Source of the DNA: an uncultured bacterium
Lineage (GTDB): Bacteria; Chlamydiota; Chlamydiia; Chlamydiales; SM23-39
DNA length: 64,000 nucleotides
Direction of reading: 5' to 3'
NCBI GenBank assembly: GCA_963716985.1
Contig: OY970323.1
Span: 1,344,001 to 1,408,000 of the forward strand
Shown here piece after piece: positions 37,316 to 48,528 of the stretch. Every line of letters begins with the position of its first letter. The first letter of the stretch is position 1. A program made the translations under genes and the position numbers. The notes below the pieces were generated by a model, which worked only from the letters and a program-made list of their open reading frames with translations, was not told the DNA's origin and did not search any database.

Positions 37316-38668
37316 TTATGAGGGAAGCTGATTTTTTTTCCTCCAAAATTTCTGAATTTCTTCAAAGCTTTTCTCTTTTGTCTCTGGAACTTTCCGATAA
37401 ATAAACCAAAGGGCAAATAACGAAATGCCGGCATAAAGCAAAAATGTTTGCCCCTGCCCAAATGCATCAACAAGCGGAAGAAAGGATAGGGAAACAAAGT
37501 AGTTCGCAAGCCAGTTCACGACAAGAGCAAGCCCCATCGCGCGACCCCTGACTCCCATGGGAAAAATTTCGGAAAGCAAAATCCAGACAACCGGCCCCAA
37601 GCTTATCGCAAAAAACGCGCCATAGGCAAAAAGACTATAAAAAGTCAGCAATTGCCAACCACTCGCGCGAATCAATAGTCCAAGGCCGACCAAAACAAGG
37701 GAAAGGAACATGCCCGATACGCCTATTAAAAGAAGCGATCTCCTTTTCCAGATAGCGATCAAATAAAGAGCGAGAAAGGTAGAAAAAACGTTGACAAGCC
37801 CGATTCCGACAGCACTGAGCAACCCGGAAGAATCTTTTGCATAGCCAACCATTTCAAAAACAGCAGGAGCGTAATAGATAACGACGTTGATTCCCGTGAT
37901 TTGTTGAAAAAGGCTGACCATAATTCCGACAAAAAGAGCGGGCCGAATGGTTTTTTCAAACAGATGCTTCCAACTGGAGATCTCTTTTGGCGCTTCATCC
38001 TTTGTTTCCCAAAAAACCTCTTCTTCTTTTTCCTTCCTATGAATCTTCCGCAAGACAATTTTTGCATCGTGGATATGGCCCTTCATTGCCAAAAAACTGG
38101 GAGTTTCAGGGATAAAAAAGAGTCCCATGAAAAGTAGGAGCGCAGGAGCCATTCCCCAACCGAGCATCTCCCGCCAAGCAGCCGCGTCCCTCAAGAGATA
38201 GCCTACGATATAAGCAAAAAGAATGCCAACCGTGATCATCAGCTGATTGATCGCCACCAACACTCCCCTCTCTTCAGCCCGCGACATCTCCGCAATATAG
38301 AGGGGAGATACGACCGACACGATCCCGACGCCAAGGCCGGCCAAGAAACGCCCCGCTAAAAGATGGGAAAACCCCAAAGCCTTCATTTGGAAAAAAGCGC
38401 CTGCAAAAAAAAGGATCGTCGCAAGAAAGAGGGTTTTTTTTCTTCCCCAAAGATCCGATAGGCTCCCTCCTGCCCATGCCCCGAAAAGCGCAGCGACAAT
38501 CAGGATACTCACCCAAAAGCCCCCATCCCATGAAGAAAGGCGAAATTCTTTGGACACGAACGCAAGAGCCGCCGCCACCGAGCTGCTATGATAGCCAAAC
38601 AAGAACCCGCCCAGAGACGCAACCAACGTCACATAGAGAGAAAATCCAAAAAAACCATTTTTTTTCAT
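37316..38668 (-). CDS. Sugar porter family MFS transporter
   Basis: GGFLFGY, DLWGRK, PETP, QQITGINVVIYY, SEIFP, PETK. Confidence 0.93.
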   Translation of the reverse strand: MKKNGFFGFSLYVTLVASLGGFLFGYHSSSVAAALAFVSKEFRLSSWDGGFWVSILIVAALFGAWAGGSLSDLWGRKKTLFLATILFFAGAFFQMKALGFSHLLAGRFLAGLGVGIVSVVSPLYIAEMSRAEERGVLVAINQLMITVGILFAYIVGYLLRDAAAWREMLGWGMAPALLLFMGLFFIPETPSFLAMKGHIHDAKIVLRKIHRKEKEEEVFWETKDEAPKEISSWKHLFEKTIRPALFVGIMVSLFQQITGINVVIYYAPAVFEMVGYAKDSSGLLSAVGIGLVNVFSTFLALYLIAIWKRRSLLLIGVSGMFLSLVLVGLGLLIRASGWQLLTFYSLFAYGAFFAISLGPVVWILLSEIFPMGVRGRAMGLALVVNWLANYFVSLSFLPLVDAFGQGQTFLLYAGISLFALWFIYRKVPETKEKSFEEIQKFWRKKNQLPS

Positions 38669-38800
38669 TTGTTTTTCCACGCTCCAAGGGAAGATAAATA
38701 GGCTGCCATTCAGACACATCGCTCATTAAAATAATCTATTTATTTGCTTTTTTTCACTCAACCATTGTTCAATATCTGCTCATTTACCAAAAGAAAAGAG

Positions 38801-38983
38801 ATGAAAGACTTCTTGCATAAGTTTTTAAACACAAAGAGCTCATTATTGGTTCCCCTGCTCGGAGGATCTGTCGGTATCGCGATTGGCACCATTTATGAAA
38901 AAATTCTTCCCATGGGCGCAACTCTTTCGCTGATCGTGCTCGTTGGCGTTCTGATTGGACTGGTCCTTCCACCGCGCTGTTGA
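38801..38983 (+). CDS. Small two-TM hypothetical protein
   Basis: 60 aa, two hydrophobic Gly-rich segments, purine-rich upstream. Confidence 0.5.
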   Translation: MKDFLHKFLNTKSSLLVPLLGGSVGIAIGTIYEKILPMGATLSLIVLVGVLIGLVLPPRC

Positions 38984-39352
38984 GTTTGTCTAGAGAGATT
39001 TTTCCCGCAATCCCTTTCGATTCTCGATAGGTTTGCAGAACTTTTTCCCCATTCCTCTTGATCGAAAAAGTGTAGGGAATTTTCGAGGAATGCATTCCCA
39101 TTTTGCTTTTTCAATCGATTCAGGAAAGAATGGAAGAGGTGATTTTTTTCTCAAAAGACAAAGCGCTTCTTTCTCTTGCACCAACTGAAGGAATTGCTCT
39201 TTTTTTCAAGCTTGATCCTGCACGAAATTCCAAGCAGCATTCTCTTTCAAAAATCACAAAAAAACAAATTAAAGAAATTAATTTAATTCACAATAAATAG
39301 ATTCATAATAAATAATCACCACTTCGTTTCACAATTCAACAGGAGAAAAAAC

Positions 39353-39892
39353 ATGAAACGACTTTTATTGCTATTTGGACTTCTTTCATCTTTCGCTCTC
39401 AGAGCAGAAGAAACTCCAACAACACCTGCACCTGAAAAAACTTGCGTGAGACAGTCAGATTTTTACGCAAGCATTGGTGTAGGACCTCTTCCCGTTCTCC
39501 TTCCCGTTTTTGGAATTGGATATCGCGAAAACTGGAATCATCATGGGTTTGACACCTCTTTGCAAGTTGCAACGATTGTCAAGGTAACTGCTTTGAGAAT
39601 GAACCTACTCTATTCTTACATAGTGCATCCCGATCCAAAGGGACAAACCTATGTGAACTTAGGAGCAGCTGTAGGCAGTGTTTTTCATAGCGGTTTTGCA
39701 GGAATGTTTACCTCTCCCGAACTGATTGTCGGAAGAGAGTGGATGAACAAATCGCATGAAAAGAGATTTTGCCAAGCCGAAATCTCCTTCCCTAATTTTT
39801 CATGGGAATACAAACATCATGAGAAGGAATTCGACCGAAAAGACATTTTGTACTTTCCTGTCGTAACCGTTTCTTATGGATTTTTGTTCTAG
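39353..39892 (+). CDS. Putative small outer-membrane beta-barrel protein
   Basis: AGGAG RBS, signal peptide, C-terminal VSYGFLF. Confidence 0.65.
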   Translation: MKRLLLLFGLLSSFALRAEETPTTPAPEKTCVRQSDFYASIGVGPLPVLLPVFGIGYRENWNHHGFDTSLQVATIVKVTALRMNLLYSYIVHPDPKGQTYVNLGAAVGSVFHSGFAGMFTSPELIVGREWMNKSHEKRFCQAEISFPNFSWEYKHHEKEFDRKDILYFPVVTVSYGFLF

Positions 39893-39910
39893 AAAGAATT
39901 CTTAACCCAA

Positions 39911-39933
39911 GGGCTCTTCCTATTGAAGAGCCC
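39911..39933. terminator. Terminator hairpin between convergent OMP genes
   Basis: GGGCTCTTC-ctatt-GAAGAGCCC. Confidence 0.6.
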
Positions 39934-39991
39934 CTTCTTCCAATACCAGAGATTCTCAACGCAAATCCGCCGGTTCCCTTCAATTGCACAA

Positions 39992-41077
39992 TTAATACTC
40001 GAGAGACCCTCCGGCCGTGATTCCGCTCATGGTCAAATCTGTTCCGAATGTAACACCGCTATTTCCCGCTGTTTGCAAAGGAGCTTCCTCTCCCATATGC
40101 CACCAGTAGTTGGCCTCCCATGCAGCGTGCAGAGAAAAAGCTTTCTTGCCCCGATCAAAACGCCAGTGGATATCCGCACCAATGAGCGTTTGTAGATTCG
40201 TTTTTAGATCACGATGGTTATCGCGAATTTGTGCATGTCCTGCAGAGAGTCCTTCGATATCTGATTTTGCATGGAGAGAGCCAAATAGAAGGGTGGCAGA
40301 CAGCCCACCGAAAAAACTCAAACCGCTTCGACCAAAATAATAGGCAACATTTGCACCGGCCCTTGGGCCAAAGCCATTCCATTTGGAAGCATTTCTAAAC
40401 AATCCATTCTTGGAAATATCCGCACCACCCGTATAGTGATTGACCACGTGTTGCCAGATCCTTGCTCCACGTACGCTTATATAAGGCCGGACACAGCAAT
40501 TTTTTATCAGGCCGTACATGCCCGCGAACTCTACGTCCCCAACGTTGTAATCGATTTTTGCAAGAGACCGTGCCGCCGTTCCCTCAAGCGCGAATAGACC
40601 AAGTAAGCCATCATCCGCGTGGCAGCTCGAAATCGATTCATTATGATAATAGGTCCATATTCCCGAAATGTCCCAATGATAGGGCATCGCAAATCCAAGT
40701 GTAAAACGGCCGCCCGGCTTCCATTTTGACTCTCCGCTAATAGCGACAAACCCTCCTTGATTTGCAAGAGAGCCGCTGCCTTCTATTGCAGTCGCATATT
40801 TCCATTGGTTCCCCCATGCTTTCCAATACAGAAAAGAAACATTCATGAATCCATGCAGAGGGTTTTTTGAGCCGCCCAATCCCTCTTCACGGATGGTTTT
40901 CATTTGATCCTCAAGCTGCTCGACTCTATTGGCCAGTGAATGCTCGGCAGGAGATAGAGAATCTGCGCCCTTCCAACTTCTTTTGGACTCTCTGTGTTTT
41001 TGTGCGTCTGGAGAAAAGAAAAAAGCCGCCAATATAAAAAGACCCGCAGCAGACAATAAGAAATAATTTCGCCTCAC
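39992..41077 (-). CDS. Lpg1974/MOMP-like pore-forming outer-membrane protein (paralog A)
   Basis: FLYWKA, WKPGGR, WTYYHN, GFGPRAG, WEANYWW, terminal LEY; GTG start inferred. Confidence 0.8.
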   Translation of the reverse strand: MRRNYFLLSAAGLFILAAFFFSPDAQKHRESKRSWKGADSLSPAEHSLANRVEQLEDQMKTIREEGLGGSKNPLHGFMNVSFLYWKAWGNQWKYATAIEGSGSLANQGGFVAISGESKWKPGGRFTLGFAMPYHWDISGIWTYYHNESISSCHADDGLLGLFALEGTAARSLAKIDYNVGDVEFAGMYGLIKNCCVRPYISVRGARIWQHVVNHYTGGADISKNGLFRNASKWNGFGPRAGANVAYYFGRSGLSFFGGLSATLLFGSLHAKSDIEGLSAGHAQIRDNHRDLKTNLQTLIGADIHWRFDRGKKAFSLHAAWEANYWWHMGEEAPLQTAGNSGVTFGTDLTMSGITAGGSLEY

Positions 41078-41366
41078 GAAAGCCCCTATTACCACTACAT
41101 TCACTAACTAGTATGGGAAATAATTAATATGCAACAACTATTTGGATCGCTGATCGGGCAATTTTTTCGGCGTTATTCATAGGAGACCTATCAATGCTGC
41201 CAACTGAAGGATTCGAGGGCTGTGCTCTCGGGCTCTTTCCAAAGGACTGTGTCCTTCGGGGGAACTATGGGCACGCAATGACCAGGAAGAGCTGCCCATT
41301 GCGGAAACAAAACTAATCGGAAAAGATAAAACGGGTTTTTCAGAAAAAAACAGATGTGTCTTAAAA

Positions 41367-41398
41367 AACAACACCCTCAAAAAATTGAGGGTGTTGTT
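41367..41398 (-). terminator. Intrinsic terminator of porin paralog B
   Basis: 14-bp stem AACAACACCCTCAA/TTGAGGGTGTTGTT running into a T-run on the minus strand. Confidence 0.75.
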
Positions 41399-41423
41399 AA
41401 ACTCATGCATTCGACGACAAAAA

Positions 41424-42539
41424 TTAATACTCGAATGCCACGCCACCGCTAACGCCGCTCATGATCAAATCCTGACTCGAGATTTGATCGGTAAGGGCGA
41501 GACGGATCGGAGTTGCTTGCCCTCCGACATTCCACCAATAATTGGTCTCCCATTCGGCATGCAGACAAAAAGCCTTCTTGCAGTGATCAAAATGCCATTT
41601 TAAGTCTGCCCCAATAAATGCTTGCAGATTTGTTTTGAGTTCGCTGCAATGATCACGCATTTCTATAGAAATAGGAACTCCCAAATTGTTGTTGAAATTT
41701 AAATTCGATTTCATATGAGCGTTGCCATATAAAATCGATCCTGAAAGACCGCCAATGAAACTAAAGCAGCTTTTGCCGAAATGGTAAGCAACATTTGTTC
41801 CCACTCGAGGGCCAAAACCATTCCATTCGGAGGATTGTCTATACATTCCGTTCAGTATATAGAGAACGCCATCTCCGCTATAGTGATTTCTCACGATTTG
41901 GTTGATCCAAGCGCCGCGTGCACTTATGTAAGGCTTCAAACAAAGATTTTTCAACAAACCATAGCTGCTTGAAAACTCCAAATCTCCCAGATTGTAATTG
42001 ATTTTCGAACACGAGCCGGCTTTTGTTCCCTGCAGCAAAATATTTCCTGCCAGTCCATTGCTTGCACTGTGGGACGACGTGGACCGATTGTGGTAATAGG
42101 TCCAAATTCCCGAAATATTCCAATTATGAACCGTAGAAACTCCGACCTCCAAGCGACTGCCCGGCTTCCATTCGGATTTCCCTCGAATATTTTTGATTCC
42201 CTCCGACTGAGCCGTCAAGCTGGCCGGAAGCGCCTGCCCACTATCTAAGGTATAGGCATAAATCCAATGATTCCCCTGCGCCCTCCAATAAAGAAGTTCT
42301 AAATTCACAAATCCATGTAGTGGATTTTTTGAAGACACTGTTTTCTTTATTTCCATGTTTGTCATCTGATCTTCAACATTCCCTACTCTACTTGTTAGAG
42401 AAGTTTTTGAAGGCTCAAACATTTCAGAAGAAGACGTAGAAGACATGGAGACCGTCTCTTCATCATTTGTCGCAGAAGAAAATAGCGCTGCAGACATAAA
42501 AATAGCTGCCGCTGGGGAAAATAAATACCGCAATTGCAT
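41424..42539 (-). CDS. Lpg1974/MOMP-like porin (paralog B)
   Basis: LLYWRA, WKPGSR, GFGPRVG, WETNYWW, terminal FEY; GGAGG RBS. Confidence 0.8.
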   Translation of the reverse strand: MQLRYLFSPAAAIFMSAALFSSATNDEETVSMSSTSSSEMFEPSKTSLTSRVGNVEDQMTNMEIKKTVSSKNPLHGFVNLELLYWRAQGNHWIYAYTLDSGQALPASLTAQSEGIKNIRGKSEWKPGSRLEVGVSTVHNWNISGIWTYYHNRSTSSHSASNGLAGNILLQGTKAGSCSKINYNLGDLEFSSSYGLLKNLCLKPYISARGAWINQIVRNHYSGDGVLYILNGMYRQSSEWNGFGPRVGTNVAYHFGKSCFSFIGGLSGSILYGNAHMKSNLNFNNNLGVPISIEMRDHCSELKTNLQAFIGADLKWHFDHCKKAFCLHAEWETNYWWNVGGQATPIRLALTDQISSQDLIMSGVSGGVAFEY

Positions 42540-42806
42540 ATGCACCTCCGATTGTTTCTAAATGTAATTATTAGAATTCGCAATAACATGCAACATTTTT
42601 TTTAAATTTGTCATGAGATTCGAAAAAAAGCCCCACTTTTGTGCAACGGGATCTTTCCTGCAGAGCAAAAATTAAAAAAGAAAATTGAAAAAAGGGGCCT
42701 TTCCTCTTCGGAGAAGATCTTTTTCCTGAGAAAAAACATCTGGAAGAACAAACCCCCTTCCTGCTATGATTTTTATTTAGACTCCTAAAATAACCGGTCT
42801 CTTCCT

Positions 42807-44633
42807 ATGTTCCTTCCAGAAAAAATTCGCAATATCGCCATCATTGCCCATATTGACCATGGCAAAACAACCTTACTAGATAGCCTCTTAAAACAATCGA
42901 AAACATTCCAAGAGCATGAAGTCGTCCCCGAGAGAGTCATGGACAGCTACGATCAGGAAAAAGAGCGGGGCATCACCATTTTTGCCAAACATACCTCGAT
43001 TTTTTATAAAGATTATAAAATCAACATCATCGATACGCCCGGCCACGCTGACTTTTCCGGAGAGGTCGAGCGCTCGCTCGGAATGGTCAATTCCGTTCTT
43101 CTTCTCGTCGACGCAAAGGAAGGGCCCATGCCCCAAACGCGGTTTGTCTTGATGAAATCTCTCCAAATGGGCTTAAGGCCCATCGTCATTCTCAACAAAA
43201 TTGACAGGCCCTATGCAGACCCTGAACGAACGCTGAATCTCACCTTTGACCTCTTTTCAGAACTTGGAGCAAACGATGAACAGCTCGATTTTTCCTACAT
43301 TTATGCTTCCGGCCTTGCTGGCTATGCGATCATGCACTTAGAAGATGAGAAGAGGAACATGGATCCTCTCTTCGATCTCATTTTAAAGGCAGTGCCCCCT
43401 CCGGAGGGTGATCTCAAAGCCCCTTTCCTGATGCAAGCGGCGACTATAGAATATGACGATTATGTGGGCCGGCAGGCATGTGGGCGCATCTTAGCTGGCG
43501 TCGTTCAAAAAGGGATGACTCTAAACTGCGTTCGAGCTGATGGAAAAGCCAACTCTTTCCGCGTGCAGAGAATTGAGGGGCGTTTAGGTCTGAAAAAAGT
43601 TGAAATGCCCGAGGCCGGCGTTGGAGATATCGTGACGATATCGGGCATGGAAGACGTTACGCTCGGCGATACTCTTTGTGCTTTAGAAAACCAAACCATT
43701 CTTCCTCCCATCGCTGTAGATGAGCCGACCCTTTCCATTGACATCATGGTCAATTCCGGCCCTTTTTCCGGTAAAGACGGAAAACATTTGACCATGAACA
43801 AAATCCGCGAACGGCTCCTTAGAGAAAAACGGTCCAATGTAACATTATTGATTGAGATTCCAGACAATATGACGGACAAGGTAACCGTTTCGGGCCGTGG
43901 AGAACTCCATCTGGCCGTCCTGATCGAAGCCATGAGAAGAGAGGGTTTTGAATTTATCGTTTCCAAACCCCAGGTAATCTTAAAAAAAGAAAACGGCATC
44001 ACTTTCGAGCCTATCGAAATGGCGCATGTCGAGGTTCCCAAAGAATTTTCCGGGGCCGTCATCCAAGAGATGGGGGGGAGAAGGGCCGAAATGCAAACAC
44101 TCGATACCGATGTGCATGGAATCGTTCGCATGGACTTCTTAATCCCCACCAGAGGACTAATGGGATGCAAAAACGAACTATTGACCCTTTCGAAGGGCCT
44201 CGTCATCATGACGTCGGTCTTTAAAGAGTATGCTCCCTGGAAGGGAGCAATCGCAGGAAGAAAGAATGGAGTGCTTATTTCTCTTTGTGCCGGAACAACC
44301 AATGGCTATGCTTGTTTCGGCCTCCAAGAAAGGTCCACGCTATTTGTATCTCCGGGAGATGAGGTTTACGAAGGAATGATTGTGGGAGAAAACAGTCGCG
44401 ATAACGACCTGGTTGTCAATGTGACAAAAGCAAAGCACCTCACCAACGTTCGTGCTGCGGGCAAAGATGAGAACATCCTGCTGACCCCCGCCCGCCGATT
44501 CATTCTCGAAGAAGCAATTGATTATATCGAAGAGGATGAATTTGTCGAAATCACGCCAAAAAACATCCGTCTTCGCAAGCGTTTTCTTAATGAAAACGAC
44601 CGCAAACGCAACATAAGGCAAAAAATCAAATAA
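42807..44633 (+). CDS. typA: Translational GTPase TypA/BipA
   Basis: [31 protein letters not shown]-terminal [11 protein letters not shown]. Confidence 0.97.
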   Translation: MFLPEKIRNIAIIAHIDHGKTTLLDSLLKQSKTFQEHEVVPERVMDSYDQEKERGITIFAKHTSIFYKDYKINIIDTPGHADFSGEVERSLGMVNSVLLLVDAKEGPMPQTRFVLMKSLQMGLRPIVILNKIDRPYADPERTLNLTFDLFSELGANDEQLDFSYIYASGLAGYAIMHLEDEKRNMDPLFDLILKAVPPPEGDLKAPFLMQAATIEYDDYVGRQACGRILAGVVQKGMTLNCVRADGKANSFRVQRIEGRLGLKKVEMPEAGVGDIVTISGMEDVTLGDTLCALENQTILPPIAVDEPTLSIDIMVNSGPFSGKDGKHLTMNKIRERLLREKRSNVTLLIEIPDNMTDKVTVSGRGELHLAVLIEAMRREGFEFIVSKPQVILKKENGITFEPIEMAHVEVPKEFSGAVIQEMGGRRAEMQTLDTDVHGIVRMDFLIPTRGLMGCKNELLTLSKGLVIMTSVFKEYAPWKGAIAGRKNGVLISLCAGTTNGYACFGLQERSTLFVSPGDEVYEGMIVGENSRDNDLVVNVTKAKHLTNVRAAGKDENILLTPARRFILEEAIDYIEEDEFVEITPKNIRLRKRFLNENDRKRNIRQKIK

Positions 44634-44643
44634 AGCCGTAGCT

Positions 44644-45204
44644 CTATTGAGAAGATTTGACAGTTGCTTTGATGATTTTCTGCTCTTTTTCGGGCTTGTC
44701 GCCAAGTCCGGTTTTCACCTGTTCAATTTTCTGCACCACGTCATAGCCGGAAATCACTTCGCCAAAAATGGTATGGCGCATATTAAGCCAAGGTGTTTTG
44801 ACCGTGGTGATAAAAAACTGACTGCCATTGGTATTCGGCCCCGCATTCGCCATAGCCACAAGACCCGGGCGATCAAAAGCTACACCTGCCCTTACCTCGT
44901 CCTGGAAAGATTTTCCCCAGCAAGATTTTCCGCCGGCCCCCGTTCCCGTGGGATCCCCCGTTTGAATCATGAAATTCTTGATCACTCGATGAAAAACCAC
45001 TCCGTCATAGTAGTGTTGATTGACAAGCGTGATGAAATTTTTACAAGCCATAGGCGCCACTTCGGGATGCAATCGAATTTCGATCGTTCCCTGGGTAGTT
45101 TCTAAGCTTATAACGGGCATTTCCTTTGCCATGTCTGTCTCCTGTGCTGTCAGCTGAAATGTAATTGTTAAAACAAAAAGAAAAAAACTCAAAAAGCTCT
45201 TCAT
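44644..45204 (-). CDS. Secreted cyclophilin-type PPIase
   Basis: FHRVIKNFMIQTGDPTG, MANAGPNTNGSQFFIT; signal peptide. Confidence 0.95.
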   Translation of the reverse strand: MKSFLSFFLFVLTITFQLTAQETDMAKEMPVISLETTQGTIEIRLHPEVAPMACKNFITLVNQHYYDGVVFHRVIKNFMIQTGDPTGTGAGGKSCWGKSFQDEVRAGVAFDRPGLVAMANAGPNTNGSQFFITTVKTPWLNMRHTIFGEVISGYDVVQKIEQVKTGLGDKPEKEQKIIKATVKSSQ

Positions 45205-45702
45205 TTTTCCTCCTTTTTCTCTTCTAAAAAATTGAGACCGTTTGATTTTAGCCATTTAGAATAACACAGGCAAGGAAAGATGTGGAAAAATTTGAAAAAC
45301 TTCTTTTTCCTATATAAAGCAACAGATGCCATTGCAACGGCTGATAGGGCAATCGAGCGCAACACATCTGGATGGCATATGCCTTGCAATGAAGCCTACC
45401 CACCTGTCTCTATCTTGAAGCTCCGTGCTCATCAGCTCCAATGCCCACCGTCCTCAATACTTGACACATGATTTTCTGAAAGCCCAAAAGCTTCTCCAAG
45501 GAGCTTGGCTCTACCCACCTTGCCTTGTTTCAAAAAAGAAAACGCTCTTTACATCCCTTCTAAGGGATTTGAACTCCCCTCTTGCATGTGAGAATACTTT
45601 CTTTGCCTTCCACTAAACTTGCCAAAAAAAATCATTCTCTTCGATCGATCATTTTGTTAAGTTAAGAAACGTTGGAACCGCTAGCTTCTGGGGGAAAAAG
45701 AG

Positions 45703-47166
45703 ATGAAGTATGATTTGGGTATTTTAGCAGATCAGGTCATGAAAGCAAGAGGTCTGCAAACGAAATTTTCTTCCCAGGCCCTATTGCAGCTTCAATCCAT
45801 CTCATCTCCTGCAGGGCCCACAAAAAATTGCGAAGATCTGCGCTCTCGTCTCTGGTGTTCCATTGACAATGATACCTCTCGCGATTTGGATCAATTGACC
45901 TATGCAAAAAAAAACAAGGATGGCACAAGTTCGCTCTGGATCGCTGTGGCCGACGTAGAAGCTGTCATTCCCAAAGGATCCCCCATTGATCAGCATGCGG
46001 AAATCAATACCACGTCCGTTTATACGCCTGCAAAAATATTTCCGATGCTTCCCGAAAAACTCTCTTTTGACTGGACCTCGTTAAATGAAGGGGAAGACCG
46101 CCTTGCAATCGTTGTGAAAATCCAACTCGATACCAGCGGGAATCTGCAAGATTTTTCTATTGTCCAAGCCTACGTTACAAATCATGCCAAGCTACATTAT
46201 CACTCTCTTGGCGCATGGCTTGAAGGAAAGGAAAAAATTCCGGAAAAGGTCAAGAAAGTAGAGGGGTTGGAAGAGGCGCTTCTATTCCAACATCAAACAG
46301 CTCAAATGCTGCAAGAAAAGCGCCACCTTTTGGGCTCGCTCACTCTCCACCCCGTTGAAATTGAGGCAAGATTCACAGAGGACCTGCAGATCTATCTAGA
46401 GCCCCCATTGCATAATTTTGCCCACCAGCTCATCGAATCGTTTATGATCGCTGCCAATATTGCAGTAGCACGCCGGCTAAGATCAGCCAATATTCCCAGT
46501 TTGCGCAGAATAGTACGCACTCCCAAACGCTGGGAGCGCATCGTCGCAATTGCTGCATCTCTTGGAACAACGCTGCCTAAACTGCCCGACCCAAAAGCTT
46601 TGGATGATTTTCTGCTTTTAAGAAAAAAGAAGAATTTTGAGAGCTTCCAAGACCTTTCGCTCATCATGATCAAACTTTTGGGAAGAGGAGAATATATCGT
46701 CGAAATGCCGGGAGCTCCTTCCATTGGCCATTTCAATCTCGGTCTTTCTGAATATACCCACTCCACTGCCCCAAACCGCCGTTTTGCCGATCTGGTATCG
46801 ATTCGTCAATGCAAAGCCCTCCTCTTGCGGAAAAAAAATCCTTATTCTATGGAAGAACTGCAGCATTTAGCAGAGCACTGCTCAGTCCAAGAAGAAAAGG
46901 CGCTAAAGGTCGAAAGACATCTCAACAAATCCGCCGCCGCTCTCTATCTGGCACCCCATATTGGCACGGTTTATCAAGGGATCATTACCGGATCTTCCGA
47001 CAAAGGCACATGGGCGCGCATCTTTTCCCCGCCGGTGGAAGGAAGAATCATTCAGGGATTTGAAAATCTCGACGTCGGGGACAGGGTGCAAGTCAAGCTC
47101 GAAAGCGTCGATGTGCCGATGGGCTTTATCAATTTTGTCGCAAAAAAACAAGAAAGCGTCGTCTGA
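45703..47166 (+). CDS. RNB-domain exoribonuclease (short RNase II/R family)
   Basis: SIDNDTSRDLDQ, LIESFMIAAN, YTHSTAPNRRFADL, C-terminal S1-like; no N-terminal cold-shock domains. Confidence 0.9.
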   Translation: MKYDLGILADQVMKARGLQTKFSSQALLQLQSISSPAGPTKNCEDLRSRLWCSIDNDTSRDLDQLTYAKKNKDGTSSLWIAVADVEAVIPKGSPIDQHAEINTTSVYTPAKIFPMLPEKLSFDWTSLNEGEDRLAIVVKIQLDTSGNLQDFSIVQAYVTNHAKLHYHSLGAWLEGKEKIPEKVKKVEGLEEALLFQHQTAQMLQEKRHLLGSLTLHPVEIEARFTEDLQIYLEPPLHNFAHQLIESFMIAANIAVARRLRSANIPSLRRIVRTPKRWERIVAIAASLGTTLPKLPDPKALDDFLLLRKKKNFESFQDLSLIMIKLLGRGEYIVEMPGAPSIGHFNLGLSEYTHSTAPNRRFADLVSIRQCKALLLRKKNPYSMEELQHLAEHCSVQEEKALKVERHLNKSAAALYLAPHIGTVYQGIITGSSDKGTWARIFSPPVEGRIIQGFENLDVGDRVQVKLESVDVPMGFINFVAKKQESVV

Positions 47167-47587
47167 ATTCCTCCCGAAACTCGCTAGCCAAAGCATAGTC
47201 GATAAATTTTTTTTCCCTTTCGATGAAAGCGCTGTGATGCACGCGTCTCCTCCGCCTTCCGGAAACAGGCGGAAGGACGTGGTGCAGCATTTCATGATAG
47301 ATGACAAAAGAAACGAAGTGCAGCGGGATATCTTTGCAATCCAGTCTCCGATGAATTTTGATCAAACGTAAGCGCTCATGATACGCTCCAAAAACAATCC
47401 TCGTTTTCGAACGTGCGTTCGCATTGCCAAACCAGCCGATGCTAAGGTCCAGACTCCCCTCGAAATATTGACGATTCAACTCATCGTAAATCCGTTTCAG
47501 GTTATAGTGGCTGCCAATCGGGCGCAAATGGTTTTCTCTTGATTTTTTTTGGGAGGCGAACAGTTGAAAAAATTTTTTCAAACACAT
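47129..47587 (-). CDS. SprT-like zinc metalloprotease domain protein
   Basis: LNRQYFEG, YHEMLH (HExxH), RRVHHSAF. Confidence 0.75.
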   Translation of the reverse strand: MCLKKFFQLFASQKKSRENHLRPIGSHYNLKRIYDELNRQYFEGSLDLSIGWFGNANARSKTRIVFGAYHERLRLIKIHRRLDCKDIPLHFVSFVIYHEMLHHVLPPVSGRRRRRVHHSAFIEREKKFIDYALASEFREEFRRRFLVFLRQN

Positions 47588-47852
47588 GGTCCCCTCAAAA
47601 TACTGCGCGCCAAAAGGATGGTTTTTCGCATGGATCTCTTCGCTTCAATGAACCATCAGAATGCCACAAAACCCCCCAATAAAAAACAAAAAAACCTATC
47701 GCCCAAACCCCGGTTTAAAAAATTCCCAATAGCCTCCTCTCCTGTTTTGTGTTGCAATAAATCCTCACCCATCCGTAGTATTAAAAACGTACGGAAATCA
47801 TTCTATGATTAGTCAAAAAACAATTAAGTTTTTCAAAAAGGTAAGGTTAAAA

Positions 47853-48116
47853 ATGAAAAAATTCAATTTTATTCTTTTCGCAGGTGCACTTCTCTCTTTA
47901 GCTGGCTTTCAATTACAAAGCGCAGACGCCGAACAAGCACAAAAAGCTTCCTCGGTTGTTTCAGAAGAAGTCGCAGTTAAAAAACAAAACAAAGACGTAG
48001 CCGTTGTTGAAAAAGCAGAAGCTGCAGCTCCAGCTGCAACAGCTGCTGCTGTATCAACAGAGAAAAAGGCCGACACACAAAAAGCCGCGCCTGCTTCTGC
48101 AGTTCAAAAGAAATAA
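47853..48116 (+). CDS. Small secreted Ala/Lys-rich low-complexity protein
   Basis: Signal peptide MKKFNFILFAGALLSLAG; followed by a strong hairpin. Confidence 0.75.
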   Translation: MKKFNFILFAGALLSLAGFQLQSADAEQAQKASSVVSEEVAVKKQNKDVAVVEKAEAAAPAATAAAVSTEKKADTQKAAPASAVQKK

Positions 48117-48124
48117 GTCATTTG

Positions 48125-48167
48125 TTTCTGAATGCCCAACTCCCTCTAGGAATTGGGCATTCAGAAA
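48125..48167 (+). terminator. Intrinsic terminator
   Basis: 15-bp stem TTTCTGAATGCCCAA/TTGGGCATTCAGAAA then TTTTT. Confidence 0.75.
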
Positions 48168-48528
48168 TTTTTCAAAAATTCCATTTTTTTCTTCTCTCTT
48201 TCATTCCAATTACTGAAACGCAAGAGGATTTGAGACAAAGATATAATGTCTCCAGACATTTTGATAAATTGGGTTTTTACTCAGAAGAATTTTATCTTCA
48301 ATTTCACAAAATTCTAGACGCAAATACTATACCGAAGAAAGCTCAAAATCGGACTGAACTTATCTCTCACGCAGCTTCTAAAATCTTGACCTAACATGGA
48401 CTCAGGTCCAAGTTTCGATTGTACGGCAAGAAAACCAAGCTGAGCCAATTTAAAATCTTCAAATTCCGGATATTTAAAATTTTAATTCTCGAATAAATTT
48501 GGATGATTTTTGCTGCTTTTTGTGATAA

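Noticed and set aside
43505..44302. Long antisense ORFs (265 aa here, also 30746-31501, 22524-23156, 28788-29444)
   Set aside because: Shadow frames of well-supported genes on the opposite strand.
45280..45616. Two short overlapping ORFs with a repeated YPP, possibly one frameshifted gene
   Set aside because: RBS is plausible, but no recognisable homology supports a call.
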